A stretch of DNA of 36,845 nucleotides from a bacterium (GCA_041640655.1 JBEPZV010000025.1:1-36845), one strand, 5' to 3'. Shown: positions 1 through 9,001, counted from the stretch's first letter. Translations and numbers: made by a program. Notes: a model not told the origin generated them from the letters alone.

Positions 1-3000
1 TCCACGTGTAATTGGCGTTGAGCGTGAGGCCGCGACTGAAGGAGCGCCGCAGTTCGATCTGCAGTCCGTGATGAGTGGACCACGAGTTGTCGTCCACAAG
101 CGTCATGCTCGTGACGAACGGGTTGGCGCGGAAGAAGTTGATCGGATATGGGCCCGGCGCGTTGAACCCCAGCGTCGCGCAGGGCGCGAAAGTGCTGCCG
201 ACCAGTCGGCAGAAATAGATGTTGTTGGTTGCTAGCGTATTAGCCAAGGCCCCTACTGTCCCCTGACGCAGGTGATTGATGAATGTGCCGTTGGCAAATC
301 CCGACCCGGCCGGCAGCGCCGGTTGCGAGCCGCGCGCGCCAAACGCCGCCTCGAAGATCGGCAGCGGCACCTGCCCGGGCAGCCCCCGATTCGCAAAGCT
401 GTTCACACCAGCCGCTTGATTGATCGCCAGATTCCGCTGCGCGTTCAGGAATTCCTGCAAGAACCCATTCTCGAAGATGTTGGTCTCGCTCAGGGGGTAA
501 GTCCTCCAGATGTGCGTGGACTTGTTCCCAACGTATCGCACTTCGAGGACGGTGTTCGACGTGAGTTCGCGTTGAATGCCGAACGTCCAGTTTTGGACAT
601 ATGGCGTGTGCATGAACGGTTTGAACGAGGCCAATCCGCTCACGAAGGTGAAGAGCGATTGAGGCATGGGGAAGGTGAAGGCCGGCGGATTCACCGCGAA
701 CGGCGGAAGTGGCGACGTGAGCGCTCGCGTGAGGGAGAGTTCACCAGGGGCGAAGCCTGGCATCCCGGGCTGCAGGACGAAGCTCTGGGTCAGACCGGGG
801 TTGTTGCCAACGCTGAACTGGAGCATGTTCATGCCCTCGTCGTAGTAATTGATCCCATAGGCGGCCCGGATGACCGTTTGGCGATCCGCGCCAAAGAGCT
901 TGCTCAGGATACCATTCTGAAAGGCCGGATTCCATGCGAATCCGAAATTCGGCGCCGGATTCACCTTGTCCGACCGATACGACTTCGAACGCTGGAAGAT
1001 CTGTGGGGCCGAGACACCGTCGAGGACGCCCGGACGAAAGAGCTGGCGTGAGGGGCCCATGAGGTGCTCGAACCCGGGATCCGTGTAGATGCCATTCGTA
1101 TTCGTGTGCGTGCCGGAGATCTCCCATCGGAACCCGTAGTTGAGCGTCAGGCTCGGTGTCACCCGGTAGGAGTCCTGGAAATAGACGCCGCCGGTCGAGA
1201 ACGCCTGGCGGCGGATGACCGGCGCGAAATCGCGGTATTGTTTCGTGCGCTCATCCACATTGCGACTGCCCGTGATGCTGCTGATGCGGCCTGTGAGCAA
1301 GGCGTAGAGGGACCAGGCCATGCTCAGATCGGAACTGCGGATCATCGGCAAATTCGAGCCACTCAGGACGGAAGTGACCGGATCGGCCGCGACCACCCCC
1401 AAATTGTAGATGGGGACGCCCGCCGATCCATACGCCGTCTCATACATGCTCGTGCGGAGGACCGATGTCCCGAAGGTGAAGGTGTGCTTCCCGCGGACCC
1501 AGTTGAGATTGTCTGAGAGGCTGTACACCGGATTGTTCCGAGGGAAGGGAAGTCCGGTGGGAATCGGGTGAGTGATGAGGGGAAGGGCGATCCGCGGGAT
1601 ACCCAAGTCGCGCCAAATGAGGGGCGTCGCATGTTGATTGAAGTTCTCCAGATTGGACTGCACGCCGAAAGTGAAGGTGTTCAGGAGGTTGGGTGTGATC
1701 GTCCACTCGAGTCCGGTCGAGGCGATGTAGATCGTAGCGTTCGCCTCGTTCGCCCACAGGCGCCGATCTGCTTTCGAGGCCAATCCGGGATAGAGCGGTT
1801 CTCCATCCCATTGGTTGTGTCGAAGGTTCCAGGTCCCGCGCCAGGCCAACTTCGGGGTGATCTGGTAATCCAAGCGCACGGTCGGATAGTATGCCCCCGC
1901 GTAGTCCTCTTGCGTCCATTGCAGCGTGACGCGATTCAAATCCGTCGCGCTGGGAAGGAGCGTGCCCTTAGAGAGCGTGCTGTTGATCGCATCGAAGATC
2001 TTTTGAATCGTGGGATCTATATGGCTCGGAAAACCAGCGCGCCCGGCGATCTCCAGGAGGTTCGCCGAATAGATGCGGCCATCCGTCCCGATGTACTTGA
2101 AGATCCCACGCTGCGCCTCCGGCGTGAGGACCAATTGCGTCGCCGTGAACGACGAGGGAACGGGGTTCGCTTCGAAGTTCACGAAGAAATAGAGTCGCTT
2201 CTTGGTGAAGGGGATGGGAATGTAACCGCCCACATTCCCGCCGAAATCGTTGTTGCGAACGCGCGGTTTCGGTAATCCGCGAGCGTTATTGAAGAAGGTG
2301 TTCGCGTTCAGCGCTTCGTTTTGCATCTGATAGAAGACCTTTCCGTGGAATTCATTCGTTCCCCGCCGCGTCGTGAAGCGGATCGTCATCGCGCCTCCGG
2401 CGGCCGCGTCTGCACTCAACCCCGCCGTGGAGATCGAGACCTCTTCAATGGCATCCAAGCGCATGGGGGCGAAGCCGAAGTAGCTCGTCCCGCCGCTCTT
2501 CCAGCGCTGCGAGTTGTTGTTCATCCCATCAATGCTGATGTTCAGAGAGGCATTGGGAAGCCCATTGAACGTCGTGTCTCGCGCGTTGGTGCCGGGTGTT
2601 TGAGCCCCAGCCATCAGGATGCCGAAGGGAAGCGTGTCACGTCCGGCGAGAGGAAGGCGATGGACGAAGTCGTTCCGAATGGTTTGACTGACGGTGGTCG
2701 AAGTCCTCTCCAGTGTGGGGAGGCCGGTCGTCGTGACCTCGACCGTCTCGGCAATCGCTCCGACACTCAGATGTACGTCTACGTCGGTCGTGCGTGCCGT
2801 CTCGACGACGACGCGCGGAAGGACCGTCGTTTGAAAGCCCGGATGACGCGCGGTGAGCTCGTAGACGCCCGGTTGAAGGTTCAGGAGAACGAATGTCCCG
2901 ATCGCATCCGACGTCGTCGTTCGAATCCGCCCGGTCGCTAGGTCTTTCGCCTCAATCGTGACGTCCGGGATCACAGCGCCTGTGGGGTCGAAGACCCGCC

Positions 3001-3136
3001 CGCGAATCTCCCCGGTCGTGCGCACTTGGGGGGCGGGCGCCGCCAAGCTGGCCGCACTGATCCATGCCCCTATCAGGCAAAGCAGCGAGGCGGTGGCCAT
3101 CAATCGCGAGGCTTTGTGGAACGATGCGTGTGGCAT
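1..3136 (-). CDS. TonB-dependent receptor, Oar-like, with N-terminal carboxypeptidase-regulatory-like domain (3' end lies outside the window)
   Basis: Missing from the ORF track because it runs off the edge. Hand translation from ATG 3136 (GGAGGAG RBS upstream): MPHASFHKASRLMATASLLCLIGAWISAASLAAPAPQVRTTGEIRGRVFDPTGAVIPDVTIEAKD...LQPGVYELTARHPGF...VGAIAETVEVT. The same frame at the window edge reads SFSRGLTLNANYTW, a typical barrel strand. Confidence 0.92.
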   Translation of the reverse strand, partial: MPHASFHKASRLMATASLLCLIGAWISAASLAAPAPQVRTTGEIRGRVFDPTGAVIPDVTIEAKDLATGRIRTTTSDAIGTFVLLNLQPGVYELTARHPGFQTTVLPRVVVETARTTDVDVHLSVGAIAETVEVTTTGLPTLERTSTTVSQTIRNDFVHRLPLAGRDTLPFGILMAGAQTPGTNARDTTFNGLPNASLNISIDGMNNNSQRWKSGGTSYFGFAPMRLDAIEEVSISTAGLSADAAAGGAMTIRFTTRRGTNEFHGKVFYQMQNEALNANTFFNNARGLPKPRVRNNDFGGNVGGYIPIPFTKKRLYFFVNFEANPVPSSFTATQLVLTPEAQRGIFKYIGTDGRIYSANLLEIAGRAGFPSHIDPTIQKIFDAINSTLSKGTLLPSATDLNRVTLQWTQEDYAGAYYPTVRLDYQITPKLAWRGTWNLRHNQWDGEPLYPGLASKADRRLWANEANATIYIASTGLEWTITPNLLNTFTFGVQSNLENFNQHATPLIWRDLGIPRIALPLITHPIPTGLPFPRNNPVYSLSDNLNWVRGKHTFTFGTSVLRTSMYETAYGSAGVPIYNLGVVAADPVTSVLSGSNLPMIRSSDLSMAWSLYALLTGRISSITGSRNVDERTKQYRDFAPVIRRQAFSTGGVYFQDSYRVTPSLTLNYGFRWEISGTHTNTNGIYTDPGFEHLMGPSRQLFRPGVLDGVSAPQIFQRSKSYRSDKVNPAPNFGFAWNPAFQNGILSKLFGADRQTVIRAAYGINYYDEGMNMLQFSVGNNPGLTQSFVLQPGMPGFAPGELSLTRALTSPLPPFAVNPPAFTFPMPQSLFTFVSGLASFKPFMHTPYVQNWTFGIQRELTSNTVLEVRYVGNKSTHIWRTYPLSETNIFENGFLQEFLNAQRNLAINQAAGVNSFANRGLPGQVPLPIFEAAFGARGSQPALPAGSGFANGTFINHLRQGTVGALANTLATNNIYFCRLVGSTFAPCATLGFNAPGPYPINFFRANPFVTSMTLVDDNSWSTHHGLQIELRRSFSRGLTLNANYTW

Positions 3137-3137
3137 G

Positions 3138-3171
3138 GATTCTCCTCCAAAGGTAGATTCTCCCCCAAAGG
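3138..3171. repeat. Tandem 16-bp direct repeat (period 18) containing the receptor RBS
   Basis: gattctcctccaaagg (3138-3153) and gattctcccccaaagg (3156-3171), one mismatch. Confidence 0.8.
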
Positions 3172-3276
3172 ATGAGTGCAGGGTCTCATCTTCCGATTGC
3201 CGGGCATCTTTTCTCTGGATTTCGCCTCTCCTCATTCCCTCTGCTCATGGGATCCGAAGGCTCTCCAGAGAGCACC

Positions 3277-4182
3277 TCAGCGAGACCGCCGTGGAGGCGG
3301 AATGTTCTTACCGTGATAGACGTCCATTGGAATGCGATGCGTCTCATAGACACGGCTGAGCAACTCGTAGAGTCTGGGATCATACTGCTTGAGATCGTCC
3401 GGCGATTGAACGCGGCGCGAGCCGTCGCGGTATTCGTAGTTGGACCAGAACCAGAACTGAGTCCCTTCGGCCCAATATTCGTTGGCATTGGTCGCGGCGT
3501 AGTGGCCTTTCCAGAGCCCTTTGGCCATCGCCTCGCGATAGGCCGCGAGAATCTCCTCGTAGAGCTGGGGATCGGCCGTTCGGATGGCGACGTTCATGAT
3601 GGCGTGAGCGAATTCATGGACGAGGATGTTCTCGCCATAGTAGCGCGTTCCCGGATAACCCAGCAGATTTTCCTCGGCGCAGGTTGTGGGGTTTCCTCCG
3701 AGCCCCCGAGCGCGACGATCCCAGTATTCTTTGTCGGTCATACTGCCGATGCCGCCCGGTCGGTCATAATTGGCGCGTTCGGCCGGGGTCAGTCGCGGAT
3801 CGTCACGCGCCGGTTTCTTGCGGTGGCGATGTTCGGGAATATCGGTGGTGACCTCCGATTGGGCCATGACGCCAACGCGCATCTTCTTCCGGATCATTTC
3901 CTGTCGCAGATCGGGCCGCTTGGCCAGCATGGCAATGACGATGTCCCGCGCCACCAACAGGGCGGCATCGGGCACTTTCTCCGAGCTGAGGATGGGAATG
4001 CCCAGCGCCTCGGTGTACTTCTTGTAGAAGGGATCAACGTCGAGGGTTGTCGGAGGGGTTGTCACCGCAGCCCGTACATAATCCTCGATGAGTGGCTTCT
4101 CCTGGGCCGGCACTCTTGGGCTCACAGTCAGCACACCCATCGCGGCACACGCGATGGACCATAGCCCTCGCCATTGCCTCAT
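3277..4182 (-). CDS. Secreted zinc metallopeptidase, anthrax lethal factor/Pro-Pro endopeptidase (ATLF)-like
   Basis: Signal peptide MRQWRGLWSIACAAMGVLTVSPRVPA|Q; RGLGG, ENILVHEFAH (HExxH), YAATNANEYWAEG, LKQYDPRLYELL. The start could be 4182 or 4200. Confidence 0.72.
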   Translation of the reverse strand: MRQWRGLWSIACAAMGVLTVSPRVPAQEKPLIEDYVRAAVTTPPTTLDVDPFYKKYTEALGIPILSSEKVPDAALLVARDIVIAMLAKRPDLRQEMIRKKMRVGVMAQSEVTTDIPEHRHRKKPARDDPRLTPAERANYDRPGGIGSMTDKEYWDRRARGLGGNPTTCAEENLLGYPGTRYYGENILVHEFAHAIMNVAIRTADPQLYEEILAAYREAMAKGLWKGHYAATNANEYWAEGTQFWFWSNYEYRDGSRRVQSPDDLKQYDPRLYELLSRVYETHRIPMDVYHGKNIPPPRRSR

Positions 4183-4215
4183 CCCTGCGGATCTCCGCAT
4201 ATGCCGTCGGCGGCC

Positions 4216-4369
4216 ACTATATTCGCCTCGACCGGCCCTGTCTTGCACGCCTTTATGCCTTCTTGAACAAGCTTAGGGGACCCGTGGGCGTGAATCACAA
4301 AGGAGACTAATTCCGTTCAAAGTCACTTGAGATCGTTCAAGACGACCCTCTTGAAAGGCGATATACATT
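4216..4369. promoter_or_regulatory. Divergent promoter pair with GTNCAAGAC boxes and 20-bp-period upstream repeats
   Basis: Minus strand: GTTCAAGA (4268-4261), GTGCAAGAC (4248-4240), -10 TATAGT (4221-4216). Plus strand: GTTCAAAG (4315), GTTCAAGAC (4335-4343), -10-like TATACATT (4362-4369). Confidence 0.55.
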
Positions 4370-4649
4370 TCGACCTTGCGTGAAAGTGGAGATCATAGAT
4401 GTAGACTACCTAGTTCGTGGGAAACCGTATCCGGCGGCGTTCAGGACGATGGGTGAGCCGATGCTCTCGTCCCCGGCCTTCGGTCGCGCGACGACAGTCC
4501 TCGCTCCCCATCACCGAGTTCCATCTCCCGCTTGCTTCACGTTTCGGGTGAGGTGCGGAGAAGCACATCACAGTTGAAACCCTGCGGTCCCTCTCATCTG
4601 ACGCTGGGGGACTGGTGGGGGGGATGCGAATGTATCCTCGGAGCGATCG

Positions 4650-4658
4650 TGCTAGAAT
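4650..4658 (+). promoter_or_regulatory. Extended -10 promoter candidate (TG-c-TAGAAT) for the amidohydrolase gene
   Basis: Matches TGnTAnnnT about 115 bp upstream of ATG 4773. Confidence 0.4.
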
Positions 4659-4772
4659 AGGCGCTCGCCCGGCTCAGGGGGGATGTGCGGTATCCGAACG
4701 AGAACCGTCCTTCCGGGCGCCAAACAGCGGTTGATCTGCAGAAGGGCATCATCGGTTGAGAGGAGGAAAGCT

Positions 4773-6425
4773 ATGGAGCGAAAACGAAGAAAGACCCTGA
4801 TGGGGAGTCTCCTCGTTGTGCTGGTTGTGGGCAGCGGCGGCGTGCTCCGTCCGTTGCGTGGGCAGCAACGGCCGCCGGAAGCCCAATTGATTCCCGCTCC
4901 CCCGCGGCGAGCGGACGAAGGCATCGGTCCTTTCAAGACGTTGGTGATTCGGGGAGCCATTCTCATTGACGGCACGGGAGCGCCGCCGCGCGGTCCCGTT
5001 GACATTGTCATCGAGAACAACCGAATCAAAGAGATTCGGGTGGCGGGCACGCCGGGTCTGCCGCTGCGGCCCAACCGACCGCCCGAGAAACCCGACTATG
5101 AGATTGATGCCACCGGGATGTATGTCCTGCCGGGCTTCGTGGACATGCACGTTCACGCCGGCGGACCGCCAAAGAATCCTGAAGCCGAGTACGCCTACAA
5201 GCTCTGGATGGCCCATGGCGTCACCACCGTGCGCGGCGTCCCTCTGGCTCCCCACGAGATCGCTGTGAAAGAGAAAGAGCGCAGCGCCCGCAATGAGATC
5301 GTGGCCCCTCGCATCTTCAACTATCAACGACCGGGCGCCGGTTGGAATCGCGGACCGGTGAGAACGCCCGAAGACGCGCGCGAGTGGGTTCGCTGGGCCG
5401 CACAAAACGGCGTGGACGGCTTGAAGCTCGATGCCTATCCGCCGGAGCTCATGGCGGCGCTTTTGGACGAAGCCAAAAAGCACGGGCTCGGTTCGACGGC
5501 TCACCTGTCGCAGCTCGGCGTGGCCCGCATGGATGCTCTGGAAGCCGCCCGCCTGGGATTGGGAACGGTCACCCACTTCTACGGACACTTCGAGGCGCTG
5601 CTCAAGGACCACGTCGTGCAGCCCTTCCCTGTTGACTACAACTACTACAACGAGCAGGATCGCTTCGGTCAAGTGGCACGGCTGTGGGACAAGATTTATC
5701 CGCCGGGCAGCCCCGAATGGAACGAGTACCTCCGGGAACACAAGAAGCTGGGGACGACGTTCGATCCCACGATGGTGGCCTATCTGGCCAGCCGCGACCA
5801 GATGCGCATGCGCAACGCCGACTGGCACGAGAAGTACACGCTGCCCTCGCTCATGGACTTCTACGAGGCCAATCGAGGAAATCACGGCTCCTACTGGTAC
5901 TACTGGACGACCTGGGATGAAGTCGCCTGGAAGAATTTCTATCAAGTCTGGTTCCGGTTGCTCAACGATTACAAAAAGATCGGCGGGCGCGTGACGGTGG
6001 GCTCGGATTCCGGATTCATCTACAACACTTACGGATTCGGATTCATCCAGGAGATGGAGCTGCTACAGGAAGCCGGCTTTCACCCCCTGGAAGTCCTTCA
6101 GGCGGCCACCCTGAACGGAGCGCTCACCCTGCACGAACCCAAGGGAAAGCCGCTGGAGTTCGGCATCGTCCGCGAAGGCCTGCTGGCCGATCTGGTGATC
6201 GTGGATCAAAATCCGCTGGAGAACTTGAAGGTTCTCTACGGAACGGGCGCGCTCAAGCTCAACGATAAAACCGGCAAGGTCGAGCGCATCGGCGGCATCA
6301 AGTGGACGATCAAGGACGGGATCGTCTACGATGCCAAAAAGCTCCTGGCGGACGTGGCCCGCATGGTCGAAAAACAAAAACAGGAGCGGCTCAAAGTCGC
6401 CGCCAAGGATGCGACCAAGAAGTGA
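4773..6425 (+). CDS. Secreted metal-dependent amidohydrolase
   Basis: AGGAGG RBS before ATG 4773; N-terminal signal; IDATGMYVLPGFVDMHVH (HxH), GVTTVR, VGSDSG, ATLNGA, GLLADLVIVDQNPLENL. Confidence 0.88.
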   Translation: MERKRRKTLMGSLLVVLVVGSGGVLRPLRGQQRPPEAQLIPAPPRRADEGIGPFKTLVIRGAILIDGTGAPPRGPVDIVIENNRIKEIRVAGTPGLPLRPNRPPEKPDYEIDATGMYVLPGFVDMHVHAGGPPKNPEAEYAYKLWMAHGVTTVRGVPLAPHEIAVKEKERSARNEIVAPRIFNYQRPGAGWNRGPVRTPEDAREWVRWAAQNGVDGLKLDAYPPELMAALLDEAKKHGLGSTAHLSQLGVARMDALEAARLGLGTVTHFYGHFEALLKDHVVQPFPVDYNYYNEQDRFGQVARLWDKIYPPGSPEWNEYLREHKKLGTTFDPTMVAYLASRDQMRMRNADWHEKYTLPSLMDFYEANRGNHGSYWYYWTTWDEVAWKNFYQVWFRLLNDYKKIGGRVTVGSDSGFIYNTYGFGFIQEMELLQEAGFHPLEVLQAATLNGALTLHEPKGKPLEFGIVREGLLADLVIVDQNPLENLKVLYGTGALKLNDKTGKVERIGGIKWTIKDGIVYDAKKLLADVARMVEKQKQERLKVAAKDATKK

Positions 6426-6703
6426 CGGATCATGACCTGGAGGGGATCGTCGGCTGATGGAGGGGCAGTCTCCCGGATCCAGCCTCGTCTGAGCCGTGGC
6501 GACGGGCCTGGAAGTGTAGAGGGTTATCGGGGACTTTGATCGTCTGTGCTTGCTGACGCGATAGAGAGTACCTTTGTCTGGGTAACACTCTGTCTGGATC
6601 GAGAGGGCCTTCGGCGGGCTCGGAGTGCTGGGAACCCGCGGAGCGGGCACGATGGCGATTCCGATGATCGCTCTCCTGATCTGTGAGGAAAGGAGATCTG
6701 ACG

Positions 6704-8419
6704 ATGATGCGTCGGTGGTATGCCGTTATGCTGATGGCAGTGCTATTCCCAGTGCCGGTGCTCGGTCGTAGCCAGAGCCAGCCGTATTATCAATCCCATT
6801 TCCCGCCTGAGGAATTTAAGGCTCGGTGGAACAAGATCTTTGACAAGATCGGCCCTCAAGCCATCGCCATCGTTCAAGGGGCGCCGCAGGTGGGCGGATT
6901 TATTTACCCCCGTCAGACGAACGAGTTTTATTATCTCTGCGGCGTCGAGACGCCTCACTCGTACCTCATTTTGGATGGACGAACGCGTCGGGTGACGCTG
7001 GTGCTGCCGCCCCGGAATCCCCGGTTGGAGAGCGCTGAGGGGCGAGTCCTCTCGGCCGAGGATGCCGAGCTGGTGAAACAGCTGACTGGCGTCGATGAGG
7101 TACTGAGCACCTCGGCGATGACCGCCGAGTGGATGCATCAGTTTCTGGGACGACCAGCTCCGGTGATCTACACGCCGATGGCTCCCGCTGAAGGGGCCGC
7201 TCAGAGTCGCGGTGAACTCCTGGCCGCTCAGGCCAGCATCGCGCTGGATTACTGGGATGGGCGCCCTTCACGCGAGGCGCACTTTGTCGGCCTTCTGCGC
7301 ACACGATTTCCTCAGGTGGAGGTTCGCGATCTCTCACCGATTCTCGATGAGTTGCGCAGTGTGAAGAGTCCCCGCGAGATCGCCCTCATTCGTCGGGCTT
7401 CTCAATTGGCCGGGCTCGGTCTCATCGAGGCGATGAAGGCGACGCGACCTGGCGTCTACGAGTATCAGCTGGATGCCGTGGCGCGCTACGTCTTCCTCGT
7501 CAATGGGGCGCGGCTGGAAGGTTATCGCTCGATCGTCGCCTCTGGCACCGCCAATATCTGGAACATCCACTACTATCGCAATCTCGATCAACTGAAAGCC
7601 GGGGATCTCGTGCTCATGGATTATGCTCCCGACTATGGCTATTACACCAGCGATGTGGCCCGCATGTGGCCGGTGAGCGGCCGGTTCAGTCCCTGGCAGC
7701 GCGAGCTGCTTCAGTTCGTGCTGGAGTATCGCAAGGCGATTCTCGCTCGCATTCGCCCTGGCGTGACCGTGCAGACCATCATGGATGAAGCGAAGATCGC
7801 TATGGAAGAAGTCTTTCGCCGAACGAAATTCTCCAAGCCGATCTACGAGCGGGCTGCTCGTCGGCTGGTGGAAACCGGAGGGGGCGTCTTCTCTCATCCC
7901 GTCGGCATGGCCGTTCATGATGTGGGCACCTACACGCGCGACGTCCTCAAGCCCGGTCAAGTCTTCTCGATTGATCCTCAACTGCGGGTGCCCGAAGAAA
8001 ATCTTTATCTCCGCTATGAGGACGTAGTGGTGGTGACGGAGACGGGCGTGGAGAACTTCACCGATTTCTTGCCCTCGGAATTGGGCGACATCGAGAAGCT
8101 CGTCGGACGCGGGGGCCTGTTGCAGGTGGTTCCTCCTGTTTCCGAAGATGAGTTGAGGCGGCTCAGCGAACCGAACCGACGTACGGCCGACCGGGCTGAC
8201 GAGATGGTGACGCCTGCCGATCGCACCGTGCGAGGGGCGAACGGGCATCGGAGGGGCCGGCGCTTCTCGTTCTTGGATTCGAGTCCACCTCGAGCCTATG
8301 GGGTCAAGTCGCTAGGAGACGCGAGTATATGGATGGGATCACGTCACCGATCCATATACGCCCGTTGGGTCCCTTGCGATTTCCCCTGCATGGTCGTGGG
8401 CGGATGCGAACCGGATTGA
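6704..8419 (+). CDS. pepP: Secreted Xaa-Pro aminopeptidase (peptidase M24B)
   Basis: AAGGAG RBS; signal peptide; RQTNEFYYLCG, LRSVKSPREI, DLVLMDYAPDYGYYTSDVAR, HPVGMAVHD, RYEDVVVVT. The last ~85 aa look non-conserved. Confidence 0.88.
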   Translation: MMRRWYAVMLMAVLFPVPVLGRSQSQPYYQSHFPPEEFKARWNKIFDKIGPQAIAIVQGAPQVGGFIYPRQTNEFYYLCGVETPHSYLILDGRTRRVTLVLPPRNPRLESAEGRVLSAEDAELVKQLTGVDEVLSTSAMTAEWMHQFLGRPAPVIYTPMAPAEGAAQSRGELLAAQASIALDYWDGRPSREAHFVGLLRTRFPQVEVRDLSPILDELRSVKSPREIALIRRASQLAGLGLIEAMKATRPGVYEYQLDAVARYVFLVNGARLEGYRSIVASGTANIWNIHYYRNLDQLKAGDLVLMDYAPDYGYYTSDVARMWPVSGRFSPWQRELLQFVLEYRKAILARIRPGVTVQTIMDEAKIAMEEVFRRTKFSKPIYERAARRLVETGGGVFSHPVGMAVHDVGTYTRDVLKPGQVFSIDPQLRVPEENLYLRYEDVVVVTETGVENFTDFLPSELGDIEKLVGRGGLLQVVPPVSEDELRRLSEPNRRTADRADEMVTPADRTVRGANGHRRGRRFSFLDSSPPRAYGVKSLGDASIWMGSRHRSIYARWVPCDFPCMVVGGCEPD

Positions 8420-8502
8420 CGATCCAAGCGCGTTCGCGGCGATCTTCATCGAGGGGGACGGAGCGAAGCTGATTCAGGCGCTCAGGTCAGATTCGCGAGG
8501 AA

Positions 8503-8537
8503 GCTGAGAGGATGCCGTGGAGTAGCATCCTCTCAGC
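8503..8537. terminator. Perfect 13-bp stem-loop, possible bidirectional terminator
   Basis: gctgagaggatgc (8503-8515) / gcatcctctcagc (8525-8537) with a 9-nt loop. There is no strong U-tract on either strand. Confidence 0.55.
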
Positions 8538-8702
8538 CGATGGGCGTGACGACGAGGAGGCTTTGGGAGGGCATCCTCCCTATTAGTGAGGGCGAGATGG
8601 CAACAGCTCAATGAGCGTGCGGCGTAAGGGCTCCCCGATCTCATCTCCTGTCACGCAAGCCTCCTCCTGCATCGAACACGGCACCAGTAAAAAACACTGC
8701 AT

Positions 8703-8827
8703 AACCTACCAAGCAAAGGCGCGCTCTGTCTTGTACGAGCTTATGGAACGTTTTTAAGGGTCGGCCTAATCGTGTTCAAATACCCTTTGGATTGTTCAAG
8801 ACGTTGCGCGCATGCCCTCCGTACACT
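8703..8827. promoter_or_regulatory. Second divergent promoter pair with GTNCAAGAC boxes
   Basis: Plus strand: GTTCAAAT (8774), GTTCAAGAC (8794-8802), -10 TACACT (8822-8827). Minus strand: GTACAAGAC (8736-8728), -10-like TAGGTT (8708-8703). Confidence 0.55.
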
Positions 8828-9001
8828 CTCAGGGGGTTCAATGGGGAGGAAGGCGCAGGAACGGAAAGGCTGGAAGCGGGGGCGGTTTACTCCCGTTGAT
8901 TCCCGCATTGTACCGCGACATCATATAGATCGCGCGGGCGTGAGAAGAGAGGCCGCGTGAGCCCAATGAGGCTCCTCATCTTTTGGAGGGAGAGGGCGAG
9001 T

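Noticed and set aside
272..2941. Series of plus-strand ORFs (259, 150, 235 and 206 aa)
   Set aside because: They are shadows of the minus-strand TonB-dependent receptor that the ORF track missed.
4380..4577. 65-aa ORF in the intergenic gap (also 8772-8960)
   Set aside because: No RBS and no motif. The start lies at or within the predicted promoter elements.
8640..8730. c-di-GMP-I riboswitch-like 'acgcaagcctcc' and a sigma54-like 'tttgctt'
   Set aside because: The rest of the riboswitch consensus is absent. The sigma54 candidate has GA rather than GG at -24, and the similar site near 4245 has 11-bp rather than 10-bp spacing.
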